Source: Eledone cirrhosa | Lineage: Eukaryota | DNA length: 64,000 nt | Assembly (NCBI GenBank): GCA_964016885.1 | Contig: OZ024741.1 | Coordinates: 333,002,001-333,066,000, forward strand | Reading direction: 5' to 3' | Shown: positions 14,491 to 28,198 of the stretch, in pieces | Layout of the letters: each line of letters begins with the position of its first letter | Numbering within the stretch: position 1 is the stretch's first letter | The notes under the pieces: model-generated | Seen by the model: only the letters and a program-made list of their open reading frames with translations | The model's database searches: none | What the model was told of the DNA's origin: nothing | Position numbers and translations under genes: made by a program

Positions 14491-15760
14491 CGTTACCCTC
14501 TAAGAAGGAATATGACGTCACTTTCAGCTTATATCTGGAGTCTAAAAGAAAAAGACAACCACACCCAATATAAGTTACACTGGGAGATCCTAGCTAGGGC
14601 TACATCGTATAACGGAAATAAAAGACCATGTGACCTCTGCGCCGCTGAGGCCCTGGAAATACTCTACGCCACAGACCACATCTTAAACAAAAAATCTGAG
14701 GCAATTTCGGCTTGTAAATATAAATTGCACAAAACTTTACTGTATTACAGCCCCACATTATACCCTAACGGATAGTACGATCTATACGTGGATATGTTAC
14801 GTCTTGATGTGGTAGCTAAGTATAAGTTATGTTTATACCATTACTTATTTGCATAGGTAAGTATATATTACCTGTATGTTTTGTGAAGGTACGTATACTT
14901 TCTCGTACGTATATTTGATTGTATATGTTATGGCATATATTTTTATATATTCTGGTACATATGCTTTTGGTTATGTGTATACGGGAGTTTTGCGTCTGTG
15001 TGAGCATGCGGGTTCGTACGTATGTTGGGTGTGTGTATATGTGTACTTCATGTTTTGGTTGACGTGCGTCTCCGAACATTTGTGTATTTACATGTAGGTA
15101 TGTGTGTGCGCTTGTTATATACGTATTTATTTATTTATATACATTTATTTAATTACTTATTTATTTGTATACACGCACACATACACACACATATGTATAT
15201 GTGCGTGGTTTTGTATACCTATGGCGAGTGTTTTCGCGTATGCTTGTGTATATACGTATTTGGATGCGTGTATGTATCTCTGTATTGTATTTTATTTACT
15301 TTATTCTTAACTCTGAAACGGAGAATCATTCGGTTTCCTAGTTAGAATTTTAGTCTACGACTTCAGCTATACCATTTACGTGGTTTTGTCTTTGCATGCA
15401 TTTGTTCTCCACGCTCCACATATTACGTATTATCTTCGTTTTTTCCCCTCTTCATTGCCAGAGAACGTCTCTATGAACCACCTAAGAGAACATTAGTCTA
15501 CGACTTCTTTCATACCATAAACGTGGTTCTGTCTTTGCGTGTAATTGTTTTTCACCGCTCCAAATAATGACGTATTATATTCGTTTTTTCCCGTTCTTTG
15601 CAAGGGAACGTTTCCACGAACCAAAGTATCGTCTTTCTGTCTTCCTCCGGTTGCAACGTTTTGTGAAATATCCACTTCTGCGTTCACAGATTGACTTTGT
15701 TAGTTTCAGAAGATCCCGTTAAGGGTGAAAGCAGCGATTCTTTGCTTAAACTTTAATCTG
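14491..15760 (+). mobile_element. Penelope-like (Naiad-type) C-terminal GIY-YIG half plus 3' UTR/pLTR
   Basis: RYPLRRNMTSLSAYIWSLKE..Y.LHWEIL..ATSY..CDLC..E..LNKKSE..SAC, stop at 14775. The UTR ends in an HHR-like motif and (TA)n. Confidence 0.85.
15702..15752 (+). ncRNA. Hammerhead-like motif (U4A variant) at the Naiad 3' end
   Basis: agttt-CaGAAGA-tccc gttaa gggt-GAAA-gca gcgattctt tgc-TT-aaact. A more degenerate copy lies on the minus strand at 20215-20265. Confidence 0.55.
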
Positions 15761-15763
15761 TTA

Positions 15764-15810
<47 letters not shown>

Positions 15811-15845
15811 GTATATATATGTATATATGTATATGTGTGTGTGCG

Positions 15846-15905
<60 letters not shown>

Positions 15906-15906
<1 letters not shown>

Positions 15907-18420
15907 CATTATCAACATCATTTTTTACATCCACTTTTCCACGCTTGCATAGGTTGGATGGGCCCTTCTCAGCACGGCATCTCTTCACACATCGCGATTC
16001 TTTGTCATTGTCTCTGTGAGTCTCTTTGATTTGAGGTCAGTTCTCACAACATCTGTACAAATCTTTCTTGGTCTTCCTCTACCGTGGCTTCCTTCCACTG
16101 GCATTTCCTGCCACTTCTTCACCCAATAATCATTGTCCATACACATCACTTGTCCAAACTAATGCAGTCCTCTCCTGCCCCCATCTCGGATTCCTCTTAA
16201 ACCCAGCTTCTCCCTTAACTCATTCAAGCTCTGCTGTCTTTCACACTTACATTGCACATCCAACGGAGCATGGTTACTTCATTTCTGTCCAATTTATACA
16301 TGTACTGTGCAATCACAGCCCATGTTTCACCACCATGCAGGATCGCACTATCCACACAGGCATCATACAGTTGTCCTTTTGTATGTAGGGAAAATCATTT
16401 TGTGGTCAACAGTGGGAGTATCTTCCTGAACTTTTTCCATCCTATCCTTATTCTAGCTATTATGCTCTCAGAGCACCCTCCTCCATAACTAATTACGTTG
16501 CCTAGATAACAGAAGCTATCAACCACTACTATGTGAGCTTCCTGTGACTGGAATAGGCTTACATCACTAGCTATCTTCCCCTCGGTTACCCCTGTGGATC
16601 TTCTACAAAGTCTTCCCTTCCTTTTAGTCTACCTGTTATCCAACTACATCTTTTGTGTACTCAAGATTTGCATTGTGTACATCATATGGTTTTTATGCCT
16701 ACCCCCTTTCTACACATTGAGCAGGGACACTTCCCTCAAAGAATCAGAGTCCTATCTTCTCTCCTACTCATTAACACTTTAGTTTTAGCTAAGTTTACTT
16801 TCAGACCTTTTAATTCTAAATTCTGTTTCCATAGTCGGAACTTAATTTCTAGGTCTTTAATGGATTCAGCTATAAGGACCAGATCATCTGCATAGAGAAT
16901 TTTCCATGGACAGCCGGTCTTAAACTCCTCTGGAGAACTGTAATGAATAGTAGTGGGCTATAACCAAACCATGATGAACTCCTATTTATACCTTAAATTC
17001 CTCACTAAATTCATTTCCTATTCTCACTTTGTTGACAGCTCCTCTGTGCATGACCTGCACTGCTCTCACCAACCACTCTTCTACACTTAATGTCCTTAAG
17101 GACCACCAGATAATAAATCTGGTACTCCGTCAAATGCTTTTTCTAGGTCAATGAAAGCTTGGCATAGTGGCGTATCTTTGGCTAAGAACTTGTCTTGTAG
17201 TTTGCTTCACTAAGAAGAGGGCATCTGTAATACTTTTCCCAGGCATAAAAGCAAACGGCATCTTGTCTAATTTGACTTTCTCTAAGTGGTAGTGCTATAA
17301 CTCTTTTCATCACTTTTATAACTTGGTCCATTAGTTTTATTCTTCTATAGCTGCTCCTCTCTAGGGCATCACCATTCCCCTTGAAGCAATTTACAATTGT
17401 ACTGCAGTGCCAGTCATTGGGTATGACACCGTCCTGTATTACCTGATTGACTATATTGATACTAGTTTGACTCCTACTTCTCCTGATGCTTTTAATATCT
17501 CAGCAGCTATCTCTGATGATCCTGCCACTTTACCATTTTTCATCTCTTTGATTGCTTCTTTAACCCTATAACTGTCAACTTCAATGGCTGGCTCTTCTGT
17601 TGGGTGGATTGGTAGTAGTTTCTCTTTCTTTCATTCTTTTTCTACATTCATCAGTCTTTTATAATAACATTTCCAGTATTTTGAACATCAGTGGTGTTAA
17701 ATACACCGGTGTCATTTCTGACACACTTTTTTTCCAACAACATCATGATTCACACTGACACACTGCCTTGCAATGCGGAACACTTCTGGTCCTGATCCTC
17801 ATATCTCAGGACATTGGCAAACTTTCTTTCTTCAGTCTCTCTCCGAGCTGTGTATACTTGTCACCTATCTTCTTTCTTAGTCACCTGGTACCAATTTCTA
17901 CTACACCCATTTTTCCAGTCTTTCCAAGCCTGTCTCTTGGCTTTGATGGCTCTATCCACTAAGCTGTTCCACCACCAGGTCAGCCTCTGACTGCTAGTGC
18001 TCTACTCCAGCCACAACTCTCATCCCATCAGTAGTTTGCAAATGGTTGTCATATAAGAATTTCCAGTTATCCTCTACATTATAGTTATATAGCTCCACTT
18101 CTATCATCAAATGCATCCCATAGGATCTTTCAAAACTTATATAACTGAGAGATCATTTAGCTTCCATATTCTCCTTCTCCACATTTTCCTGTGTGTCTTG
18201 TTTTGTTTCATGCTTACTAAAAATCACTAATAACTAACTTGTGCTAAGGGAAAGCCTTAGTATTTATTACAGTCAATTTACTTTGTCTAACAAGTAAATA
18301 GTCAATTTTGCTTTTGTGTTCGCCTGATTGATATGAGATCAAGTGGCTGGTTTCCTGAAATTTGTGTTCAAAAGTTTAGTTCATTTGCATCACAGAATTC
18401 CAGCAGTCTCAATCCCTCTT
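15906..18420 (-). mobile_element. Degraded RTE LINE (part of EN, RT and 3' tail)
   Basis: Homologous to the other RTE copies throughout (FKTGCPWKILYADDLVL, RLLEFCDANEL), with many stops and frameshifts. Confidence 0.9.
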
Positions 18421-18844
18421 TATTTCTTGAGCTGGATGCCCTTCGCAACACCACCCACCTTACAGTGTGAACTGGGTGCGTTATTCGTACCACAAGCACA
18501 GCCCTGAGTTACTGAAATACAAAGAGATGGTATGTACATGACTTCAACACCTTCTATCATAGCTCTGCTGGCAAGAACTGGACTGGAGCTAACTACCAAC
18601 AACAACAACTGATGTTATTATTGTTTTGCCAGTATTTCACATTGACAGAGACATAGTTATTGATTCAAACTGAATAGTTAAGATCTTGGTTTCCTGGATC
18701 ATAATTTATGGACATCATAATAGTCCAAAATCTCACTTTAACATTTCAATATCAGCCCAGCTAAATCCAGCACTGGTTCTGTGAAACCAAACCAGCCATT
18801 TTAAAGGTTTCCTGTTTAAATCAAAATCTTCCAACATAATTTTA

Positions 18845-19225
18845 CAGTGTTTCCCCTATTATAAGAAAGGAGTTATATTATTTTTCCTTCCCAAAAAGGT
18901 ACTCGGGCTTATTTTCAGGGTAGGGCTTATATTTTTCCACACAAAATAACAGCACAAATGTTTTGGAAAAGTATCATTATACTGATGTAAAAAATAAGGG
19001 ATATATATATTATAAAATAACGGATAAATATTTTAGAGTTAAAAACAATATCATTAAAAGATTTGATTACATTAATAATCAGCATGACTGGAAATCTGTA
19101 TTTTATATTATTTTTTATATTAATTTTTCTCGCAAAGATGCACTCAAGCTTATTTTGGGGCAAGTGACATAAAAATCATGCTAAGGCTTATTTTTAGAGT
19201 AGTTATTATAAAAGGGGAAACACAG
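18845..19225. mobile_element. Tc1/mariner (pogo-like) MITE
   Basis: TA|cagtgtttcccctattataa ... tataaaaggggaaacacag|TA. Confidence 0.7.
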
Positions 19226-19268
19226 TATATAAGAAACATATTTCAAGTTATCTTAGAATTAAATAAGT

Positions 19269-19308
<40 letters not shown>

Positions 19309-19475
19309 TATAAAATTAAAAAGACTCATATTCATCTCCTATAATCTAATGAGATCAAGGAATAGATTCCAAGCTCTTTATAAATCAGTATATAGAGAGA
19401 AGTTCACATAGAGATATGGTTTTGATCCTTTATGATTGAACACATATCTCTATGTGTACTTCTCTTTATATGCTG

Positions 19476-19520
<45 letters not shown>

Positions 19521-19523
<3 letters not shown>

Positions 19524-20190
19524 TAGCAGTGGTACCCGGCGTTGCACAGGATAATGTATTTTGGAACACGGGCCGCCAACAGACCTAATCGTGGAAAAAC
19601 TGCATGCCTCGACAATATGTAAAGAAAATAAACCGAATACTCTGATGGCTGGATAATCTTTAAGATTTTCCTCGATGAAGCAGGAAAAATGCAGGTTTTC
19701 CCCTAATGCCCGAGGGGATCAAGAAAATTAATTTTTTTTATGTGCATAATATGGCTTGAAATTTCAGGAAAATCGACTAGACATAACGCCTCAAAAGACC
19801 CCTAAAAAGCTGAACAAATGAAGTTTTTCACCTAATGCGGGCCCTAGGCCATAAAAAAGTTGGATTTTCTTTGCTCACGGTATGAAGAAGAGACTGACTA
19901 ATATATAGTTACAATTTTAAGGAAATTGGTCTGACGTAACGCCTCAAAAAACCCCTAAAGAGCTTAAAAAACGCAGTTTTACACCAAATGCGAGCCCAAG
20001 GGGATAAAAAAGTTGAATGTTTATGTGCATAACACTCCCTGAAACATAAGTAATACACATGTAAAGTTTGAAAAAAATCGGTTGGGTACTTCTCGGGTTT
20101 CACCCCACCCCCACCCCAACCCACACACATACACACATACATACATACATACATACATACATCCTTCCTCAGTTTTATATATATATACAT
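19521..20190 (+). mobile_element. Non-autonomous Helitron-like element
   Basis: Starts tactag...acccggcgttgcacagg inside (TA)n; internal repeats; aaaatcggtt; (cata)n; ends ttttatatatata. A related 3' end lies at 20500-20635. Confidence 0.6.
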
Positions 20191-20781
20191 ATATAGATTA
20201 ACATAACAGATTAAAGTTTAAGCAAAGAATCGTTGCTTTCACCCTTAGCGGGATGTTCTGAAACTAAAAACATCAATCTGTGAACGCAGAAGTAAATATT
20301 TCGAAAAATGTTACAACCGAAGGAAAACAGGAAGATGATGCTTTGGTGTGTGAAGACATTCCCTGGCAATGAATGGATAATAGCGAACATAATACGTCAT
20401 CAATGTTTGTCATAATGTCGTAATGCAGACAATCAGGCATACAGACAGATATTATAAGCGCGCTATGGAGATGGATAAGCGGCGCCTAACACCCCTTTAA
20501 CAACAGAAAATTGAAAAATACCGCAAGGAATATATAAATGCAAGTTTGAAGTCAATCGGAGTAGAAATGTGGATTTGTATAGACTTTTCAAAAATTAGGA
20601 CACACTGAGAACAACAGTTTTTTATATATATATATAAATAAAAAGGATGAAGTTTTGTTTACATTAAAGTTATTTTTTTTTAATTGTATATCAACCTGTT
20701 ACATGTGTTTTGCAGAAGATTGGCTCAAGGTCGCCCATAGAAGTTATTTCAACAAAAGATACTCTGCATTTTTTTGTTGAA

Positions 20782-20878
20782 TCACCAGTTTGAAGAGCAG
20801 ATCGATAATGGAAGCGGGTCCATAACTCTTATGGGCATCTCTGAGCCAATCCTCTGTGAAATGCGTGTAACAGGTTGA
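20782..20878 (+). ncRNA. Hammerhead ribozyme with long stem II (C3U), in the right arm of inverted repeat ~20640-20930
   Basis: tcaccagt-tTGAAGA-gcaga...tctgt-GAAA-tgcgtg-TA-acaggttga. A relative at 42001 has intact CTGATGA-gcagat. Confidence 0.65.
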
Positions 20879-21058
20879 TAGACAATAAAAAAATAACTAC
20901 ATGTAAATGAAACTTTATTGTTTTTTCTTAACATATACACTCTGTCTCTGCATCTAGTGCACATTTTGGTACCACCACCAGTAATTCACTGAATTACATA
21001 CACTATGTACACACATATATATACATATATATATACATGTATATATATATATATATAT

Positions 21059-21443
21059 GGAGGCACATGGCTTAGTGGTTAGAGCATTGGGCTTGCAATT
21101 GAAAGGTTGTGAGTTCAATTCTCAGACCGGGTGATGTGTTGTTTCCTTGAGCAAGACACTTTATTTCACATTGCTCCAGTTTACTCAGCTGTAGAAATGA
21201 GATGATAGGACAGGGGTCCTTATCATTCCACTGTAAAGTGGTCATGGAGGTGCCATGGCAAAAAAGCACCAGCCCACACTGTAAAGTGGACATGTAGGCG
21301 CCACAGAAAAAAAGCACCCAGCACTCACTATAAATGAGGTTGGTGTTAGGAAGGGCATCCAGCTGTAGAAATCAAGCCAGAATCAGTTCCCGTCCCACCC
21401 TTGCAAGCAGGGAAAAGCAGACGTAAAATGATGATGATGATGA
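21059..21443 (+). mobile_element. tRNA-derived CORE-type SINE (family A) with RTE-like tail
   Basis: A/B boxes, ccttgagcaagacacttt core, tail gtgttaggaagggcatcca...gacgtaaaat(gat)n. Confidence 0.9.
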
Positions 21444-21716
21444 TATATATATATATGTATATAAAGAGAGAGAGAGAGATATGGTATATATATATTTGTG
21501 TGTATAACATTTTGCTTGCAATATTGAAATAAAATTCAATTGTATATCTACTGAAAAATAAACAAAATCTACTTGCTTCTTAATTCTAGGTAAATGATAC
21601 GTATGAACACATATATATATAGTATGTATACAAAATGTACATATATATATGTATATATATATCTAATCCAATTCAATGCCTACCCACTCCTGTTAGAGGA
21701 ACCCCTCTCTGATGTG

Positions 21717-21755
<39 letters not shown>

Positions 21756-21935
21756 TATGTATAGTTAATTTACATTGACATTTATGTATATATATATATA
21801 AATACATATATATATATATATATATATAGTTAATTTACATTTACATGTATGTATATATATATATATACGTTAAACGATGATGATGATGATGATGATGATG
21901 ATGGTGATATACACCCACACACATTTAGCAAATGT

Positions 21936-21966
<31 letters not shown>

Positions 21967-22012
21967 TACATATATATATATATATACACTCACACACACT
22001 TTTAGCAAATGT

Positions 22013-22095
<83 letters not shown>

Positions 22096-22118
22096 TCACA
22101 CACACTTTTAGCAAATGT

Positions 22119-22241
<123 letters not shown>

Positions 22242-22499
22242 TCACACACACATTTAGCAAATGTAAATTATATATATATATATGTGTATATATATATATA
22301 GAGAGAGAGAGATAGAGAGATAGGTATAAGCCATGGTTTGTGTGTCTACAAAGCATCTAGATAAATGGCATTAGGTTTTCCTTAGCATGTCTTTGTCCTA
22401 ACCTAAATCAATCATCTAATCAGGCAGACAGTTATGGCATGGAGGTAGTTCATTGAATGTTTGCTGTAGTCAGGATATACTGTTCCATTACTCCAAATG

Positions 22500-22599
22500 A
22501 AAACACACATGCACACATATACACGTATACACTTCACATACTTACACATACATGCACACACGCTTCACACACACACACACACACATACACACTTCATAT

Positions 22600-22635
<36 letters not shown>

Positions 22636-23900
22636 ACTTCACGTAATACATACACACTTCACGTAATACATACACATACATACATGCACATACATTTCAC
22701 ACACACGCTTCACACATACACACACACACACACATACACACTTCACATACATACATACACATACATACATGCACATACATTTCACACACATGCTTTTCAC
22801 ACACACACACACACACATACACACTTCATGTAATACATACACATACATACATGCACATACATTTCCCACACATGCTTCACACATACACACACACACATAC
22901 ACACTTCACATACATACATACACATACATACATGCACATACATTTCACACACATGCTTTTAACACACACACACACACATACACATACTTCACGTAATACA
23001 TACACATACATACATGCACATACATTTCACACACACACACACACATACACACTTCATGTAATACATACACATACATACATGCACATACATTTCACACACA
23101 TGCTTCACACATACACACACACATACACACTTCACATACATACATACACATACATACATGCACATACATTTCACACACATGCTTTTCACACACACACACA
23201 CACACATACTTCACGTAATACATACACATACATACATGCACATACATTTCACACACACACACACACATACACACTTCATGTAATACATACACATACATAC
23301 ATGCACATACATTTCACACACATGCTTCACACATACACACACACACATACACACTTCACATACATACACATACATACATTTCACACACATGCTTCACACA
23401 TACACACACACATACAGACTTCACATACATACACATACATACATGCACATACATTTCACACACATGCTTTTCACATACACACACACACACATACTTCACG
23501 TAATACATACACATACATACATGCACATACATTTCACACACATGCTTTTCACACACACAGACACACTTCATGTAATACATACACATACATACATGCACAT
23601 ACATTTCACACACATGCTTTTCACACACACACACACATACTTCACGTAATACATACACATACATACATGCACATACATTTCACACACATGCTTTTCACAC
23701 ACACACACACATACTTCACGTAATACATACACATACATACATGCACATACATTTCACACACATGCTTTTCACACACACATACACACTTCATGTAATACAT
23801 ACACATACATACATGCACATACATTTCACACACATGCTTCACACACTCACATACATACTTCACATACATATAAGCACATGCATACATATAATCACTTCAC
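22500..23900. repeat. CA-rich compound minisatellite with higher-order units
   Basis: Recurring cttcacgtaatacatacacatacatacatgcacatacatttcacacacatgctttt. Confidence 0.9.
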
Positions 23901-24086
23901 ACACGCGCTTCACCATAGTCCGTCATCATCTGATTGTGTGGAATGCAGTGTGACAGTCTCAGGGAAACTTGCATGCAGTTCTCAAGTGTCTTGTCTGTCA
24001 CTCTTCTCTCTTCCTTTTACCATTCCTCTATAGCTGACTAGCTGACCACCACTTCTAACAACTATAGAATCATATTATTGCTAATA

Positions 24087-24500
24087 ATTGTTTCTACTTT
24101 TGGCACAAGGCCAGCAATTACCCTGTACATTACTGGTACTTTATTTTATCGACCACTCCCCCCTGTCAGGATGAAAGTTAACCTCGACTGGATTTGAACT
24201 CAGACCGTAAAGGGACGTAACTCTATGCTGGAAAGCATGGGGTCCGACCCTCTACCGATACTGCCAAAACAATAGTAATAATTAGGGTTTCAGATTTAGG
24301 TACAAGGACAACAATTTTGGGGGAAGGGAAAAGTCAATAAATCGACCCAAGTATGTTACTGGTACTTTATTTTATCGACCCCGTAAGGATGAAAGGCAAA
24401 GTTAACCTTGGCGGGATTTGAACTCAGATCATAAAGGGCCATAACTCTATGCTGCGAAGCAGGGCATCTGACCCTCTGCCGATACTGCCAATCCACCGCC
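24087..24500 (-). mobile_element. Two adjacent tRNA-derived SINEs (family B, Meta-domain-like)
   Basis: Sense strand ggattggcagtatcgg...gagttcaaatccc...gcctttcatccttacggggtcgataaaataaagtacc. Many other copies in the window. Confidence 0.8.
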
Positions 24501-24858
24501 CTAGCCAATCCACCGCCCTAGCCAATCCCCCGCCCTACCCAATCCACCGCCCTAGCCAATCCCCTGCCCTAGCCAATCCACCACCCTAGCCAATCCCCCG
24601 CCCTAGCCAATCCACCACCCTAGCGAATCCACCGCCCTAGCCAATCCCCACCCTAGCCAATCCACCGCCCTAGCCAATCCCCCGCCCTACCCAATCCCCT
24701 GCCCTAGCCAATCCACCACCCTAGCCAATCCCCCACCCTAGCCAATCCACCACCCTAGCCAATCCACCGCCCTAGCCAATCCCCCGCCCTAGCCAATCAC
24801 CCGCCCTACCCAATCCACCGCCCTAGCCAATCCCCCGACCTAGCCAATCCCCCGCCCT
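24487..24858. repeat. 16-bp tandem array (~23 copies) grown from the SINE 5' end
   Basis: (gccaatcc[a/c]ccgcccta)n, contiguous with the SINE head. Confidence 0.95.
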
Positions 24859-24972
24859 GACAATATAGACACTATTTAACAAATACGTTATTTTATCAAC
24901 ACCAGAGGGAGCTTAGGAAGATTTAAAATCAGAATGGAAAACATTTTGGTCAGCGTTTCAACAATTCTATTA

Positions 24973-25004
<32 letters not shown>

Positions 25005-25026
25005 GGTGATGATGGTGATGATGATA

Positions 25027-25073
<47 letters not shown>

Positions 25074-25197
25074 GATGTTGGTGGTGGTGGTGGTGGTGGT
25101 GGTGGTGGTGGTGGTGATGATGATGATTATGATTATAATGGTGATGATAATGATGATGATGATGGTGATGGTGATGATGATGATGATGATGATGATT
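24973..25197. repeat. (GAT/GGT)n microsatellite
   Basis: Direct reading. Similar tracts at 38906-39130 and 39265-39485. Confidence 0.95.
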
Positions 25198-27889
25198 TCT
25201 TTTATTTTTCCTAGGGAGAGGAGTGTCAAATGGAATGGTAATGATAACCATAATGTTTTTTTCTATATTCATGTATATTCATTTAACTAGACAACTGTTT
25301 TACCATTTGTGTACTTAAGCCATAACATAACTCCTCTGTTGTCAGATAACCTTGATAAATAATATTTATCATCTCCCAGTTGAAAATGACGAAAATACAT
25401 TATCAATTATTCTACAAATGTTTATGTATTAAATTTCTCTGAATTTTATTGGAAAGCAAATAGCAAATGAGAAAAAATTGCTTGCAGATATTTGTTAAGA
25501 TTTCGGTCTATTTTATAGACAGCAGAATGTGTTGAATATTGGCAGCATGTAAATAAAGAGTACAGTGTTTTCTTTCAAATGATTCTCTGAAGTGTTTATG
25601 AAATGAGAGATGGAAGTCTTTTACTACATGTGAAATATTCCACTCAGTAAACACTGAAAAAATCCTTACTAAAATATAAAGACAGCAGCAGTGTAGCATA
25701 GCATATATTTGAAATTGAGACAATTCATTAGAACTCAGCTCTGAAAAAGAAAACAATATTCTTGAAATTATCTTAGCTTTTCAATTAACCTTTTTGCTAC
25801 CATATTTCTAATGAAAGACATTGCCTATGATTTTTAAATAATTTTGTATTTCTAACTAGCTTTTTCATTATTAAGCTGGTGTTTTGGGGGTGCAGTCAAT
25901 TGACAGAACTGTTAGAACATTGGATGATATGCTTTGCAGCATTAAGTTACAGCCCTTTATGTTCTGAGATCAACTTTGCCTTTCATCCTTTCATCCGAGG
26001 TCAATAAAATAACGTACCAGCCACATACTGGGGTTCAATGTAATTGACTTTCCCTTCTACACAAATTGTTGGCATTGTGCTTAAATTTGAAATCATTATA
26101 AAGCTTTTGTTTGGAACATAAAGATTCTTACATCAAATTATGATGGAAGGTTTTTAAATTTAAATACACTTTAAAGAAAAGTTTTGTATTGTAGAGCCAG
26201 GGATTGTTTCAGGTGATTTGGTATAAAGGGGGTTAAATAATATATTATTAGAATTGTGAGGGCAAATTTATTTTCTAAATTAAGAAATTCTATCCTCTAC
26301 ATTGAGTAAATGTACATACCTGTAGATTTTATTTTCCAATATTAAGAAATTTTAGCTTTATTACTTCTCAAATGTATTTTATATCTTTTGAAAAATGTTC
26401 ATACAATGTTATTTAAAAGCATGTTTGAGTGTTAGATGACATGGTTTAAAATGTCATTAGTTTCTTGTACCTTACAATTTAGATGATTCATCATCATCAT
26501 CATCATTGTTTAAAGTCCATTTTCCAATCTTGCATGGGTTAGGTGGGTCATTGCATTATGAGACTTGTCAGGTCAGGAAACCACAGTGTGGAAACCACAT
26601 ATAAACCTGTATTTTGGCTTGGTTTCTACAGCTGGATGCTCTTCCTAATAACAACCACAACAGTAAATATTTTACACAATACTTTAATTTTTAACATCCT
26701 GTAATAATTTAGTAGAAAATATTTGAAAAACAGATTTGTTAATTGAAACGTTTACAATATCTTTATTATTGGACTGATTGTTGTTTATTTTACACTATTT
26801 TACACAATACTTTAACTCTTAACGTCTATAATTATTTAGTAGAAAATATTTAGAAACAGATTTATTAATTCAAGCATTTATAGTATTTTTACTAGTGGAC
26901 TGATTGTTGTTTTAACCGTGTCATTCAGACAAATGACTATCAGAAGGTTAAACAATATTCATTCCTACTTTGATAGAATATCATTATCATAGCCATATTT
27001 TCTAAATGACTTGGTAGCTATTCTCCCAAACTAAAGACACTAAGGAATGAACATTGACATACTTTACTCAGAGACACAATAAAACTCCTGTTAGGATTAT
27101 GAACCCATGACTCATTATTATCTTCAAGCTTAAAATTGTTATCCATCATTTCATTTCTACATATTGTCTATAGCAGAGGTATAACCAATATTACATTACA
27201 CATAGCTACTGACTAGAGTAATTAGTCATTAATATTATAGAAGACTTATGAACCTATCATTGTGATCATATGTAAGTTATTAAATTATGAAAGATATTTT
27301 GTTCTTCTCCAAATGTTTATGATCTATTGATTGTTTTCTTTAATTGCTTGTCTTTGTTTAATTACTTTCGAAAAGTTGACATTAAGCTTACATCTCCTGT
27401 TTGAACTAATAGCCTTTGTTTGATATTACCCAAAATATATTTTCATATGATATTTACACATGAGAGATCAAATGTCTCACTTTGTTCTCAGGTTTATGTT
27501 CAACAGAAATTCTTCTTTGATACTACCCAAGATAAAGACTGCATTATCATAAAATTGTTCACAATATTACTCAGCAGAAATTTATAATTGTTAACGAAAA
27601 TCCAGTGAAGCTAAACCATCAACCAATTTTTGATTTTTGTTTCAAGCCATTTCACTTCACTTAACTCCAATAGAGTGTGTGTGTGTGTGTATTTATATTT
27701 ATATTTATATATTCCTCGCAGGTGCCCCTGTCTAAATTTTTCTGTCTCCTGGGGTACTTTACCTGATTTACTCAACTATTATTTATACTGATTAAATATT
27801 TTCATAGTCAATTTAACATTAGGAAAATTGTTTAAAATTTCATATATATATATATATATATAGAATAAGAAAAGTCCTTTATGGATAAC

Positions 27890-27964
27890 GCTGTGATACA
27901 TATTTCAATGATGTCAGTGGCCATGCGATTCCGCATACCCAGTACCATAATCTCATCAGACAGC
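27890..27964 (-). ncRNA. Type I hammerhead ribozyme, left arm of a fold-back
   Basis: Minus strand: gctgt-CTGATGA-(46 nt stem II)-GAAA-tatgta-TC-acagc. Confidence 0.8.
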
Positions 27965-28067
27965 TTCTTACATAAGGTTACGTTCTTGAGGCAATCCCTT
28001 GACAAGGGAATGGGTGAAGGCTTTGGGTACATCATCTTTGTCCGTTCCCTTGTTGCTTATGTAAGAA

Positions 28068-28142
28068 GCTGTCTGATGAGATCATGGCACTGGGTACATG
28101 GAATCGTGTAGCCACTGTGGTCATTGAAATGTGTATCACAGC
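28068..28142 (+). ncRNA. Type I hammerhead ribozyme, right arm of a fold-back
   Basis: gctgt-CTGATGA-gatcatggc...gccactgtggtcatt-GAAA-tgtgta-TC-acagc. Confidence 0.8.
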
Positions 28143-28198
28143 CTTATCAATAAAGGACTTTAACATCTGAAACTACTTCGCATTTTCTTATTATCAAG

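Noticed and set aside
21059-21130. tRNA gene
   Set aside because: The A/B boxes run into SINE core sequence in multiple copies, with no acceptor stem.
24487-24858. CRISPR-like array
   Set aside because: There are no unique spacers, and the context is eukaryotic.
25508-25756. Minus-strand 82-aa ORF with an acceptor-like site
   Set aside because: No recognisable homology, and it lies opposite the better-supported exons.
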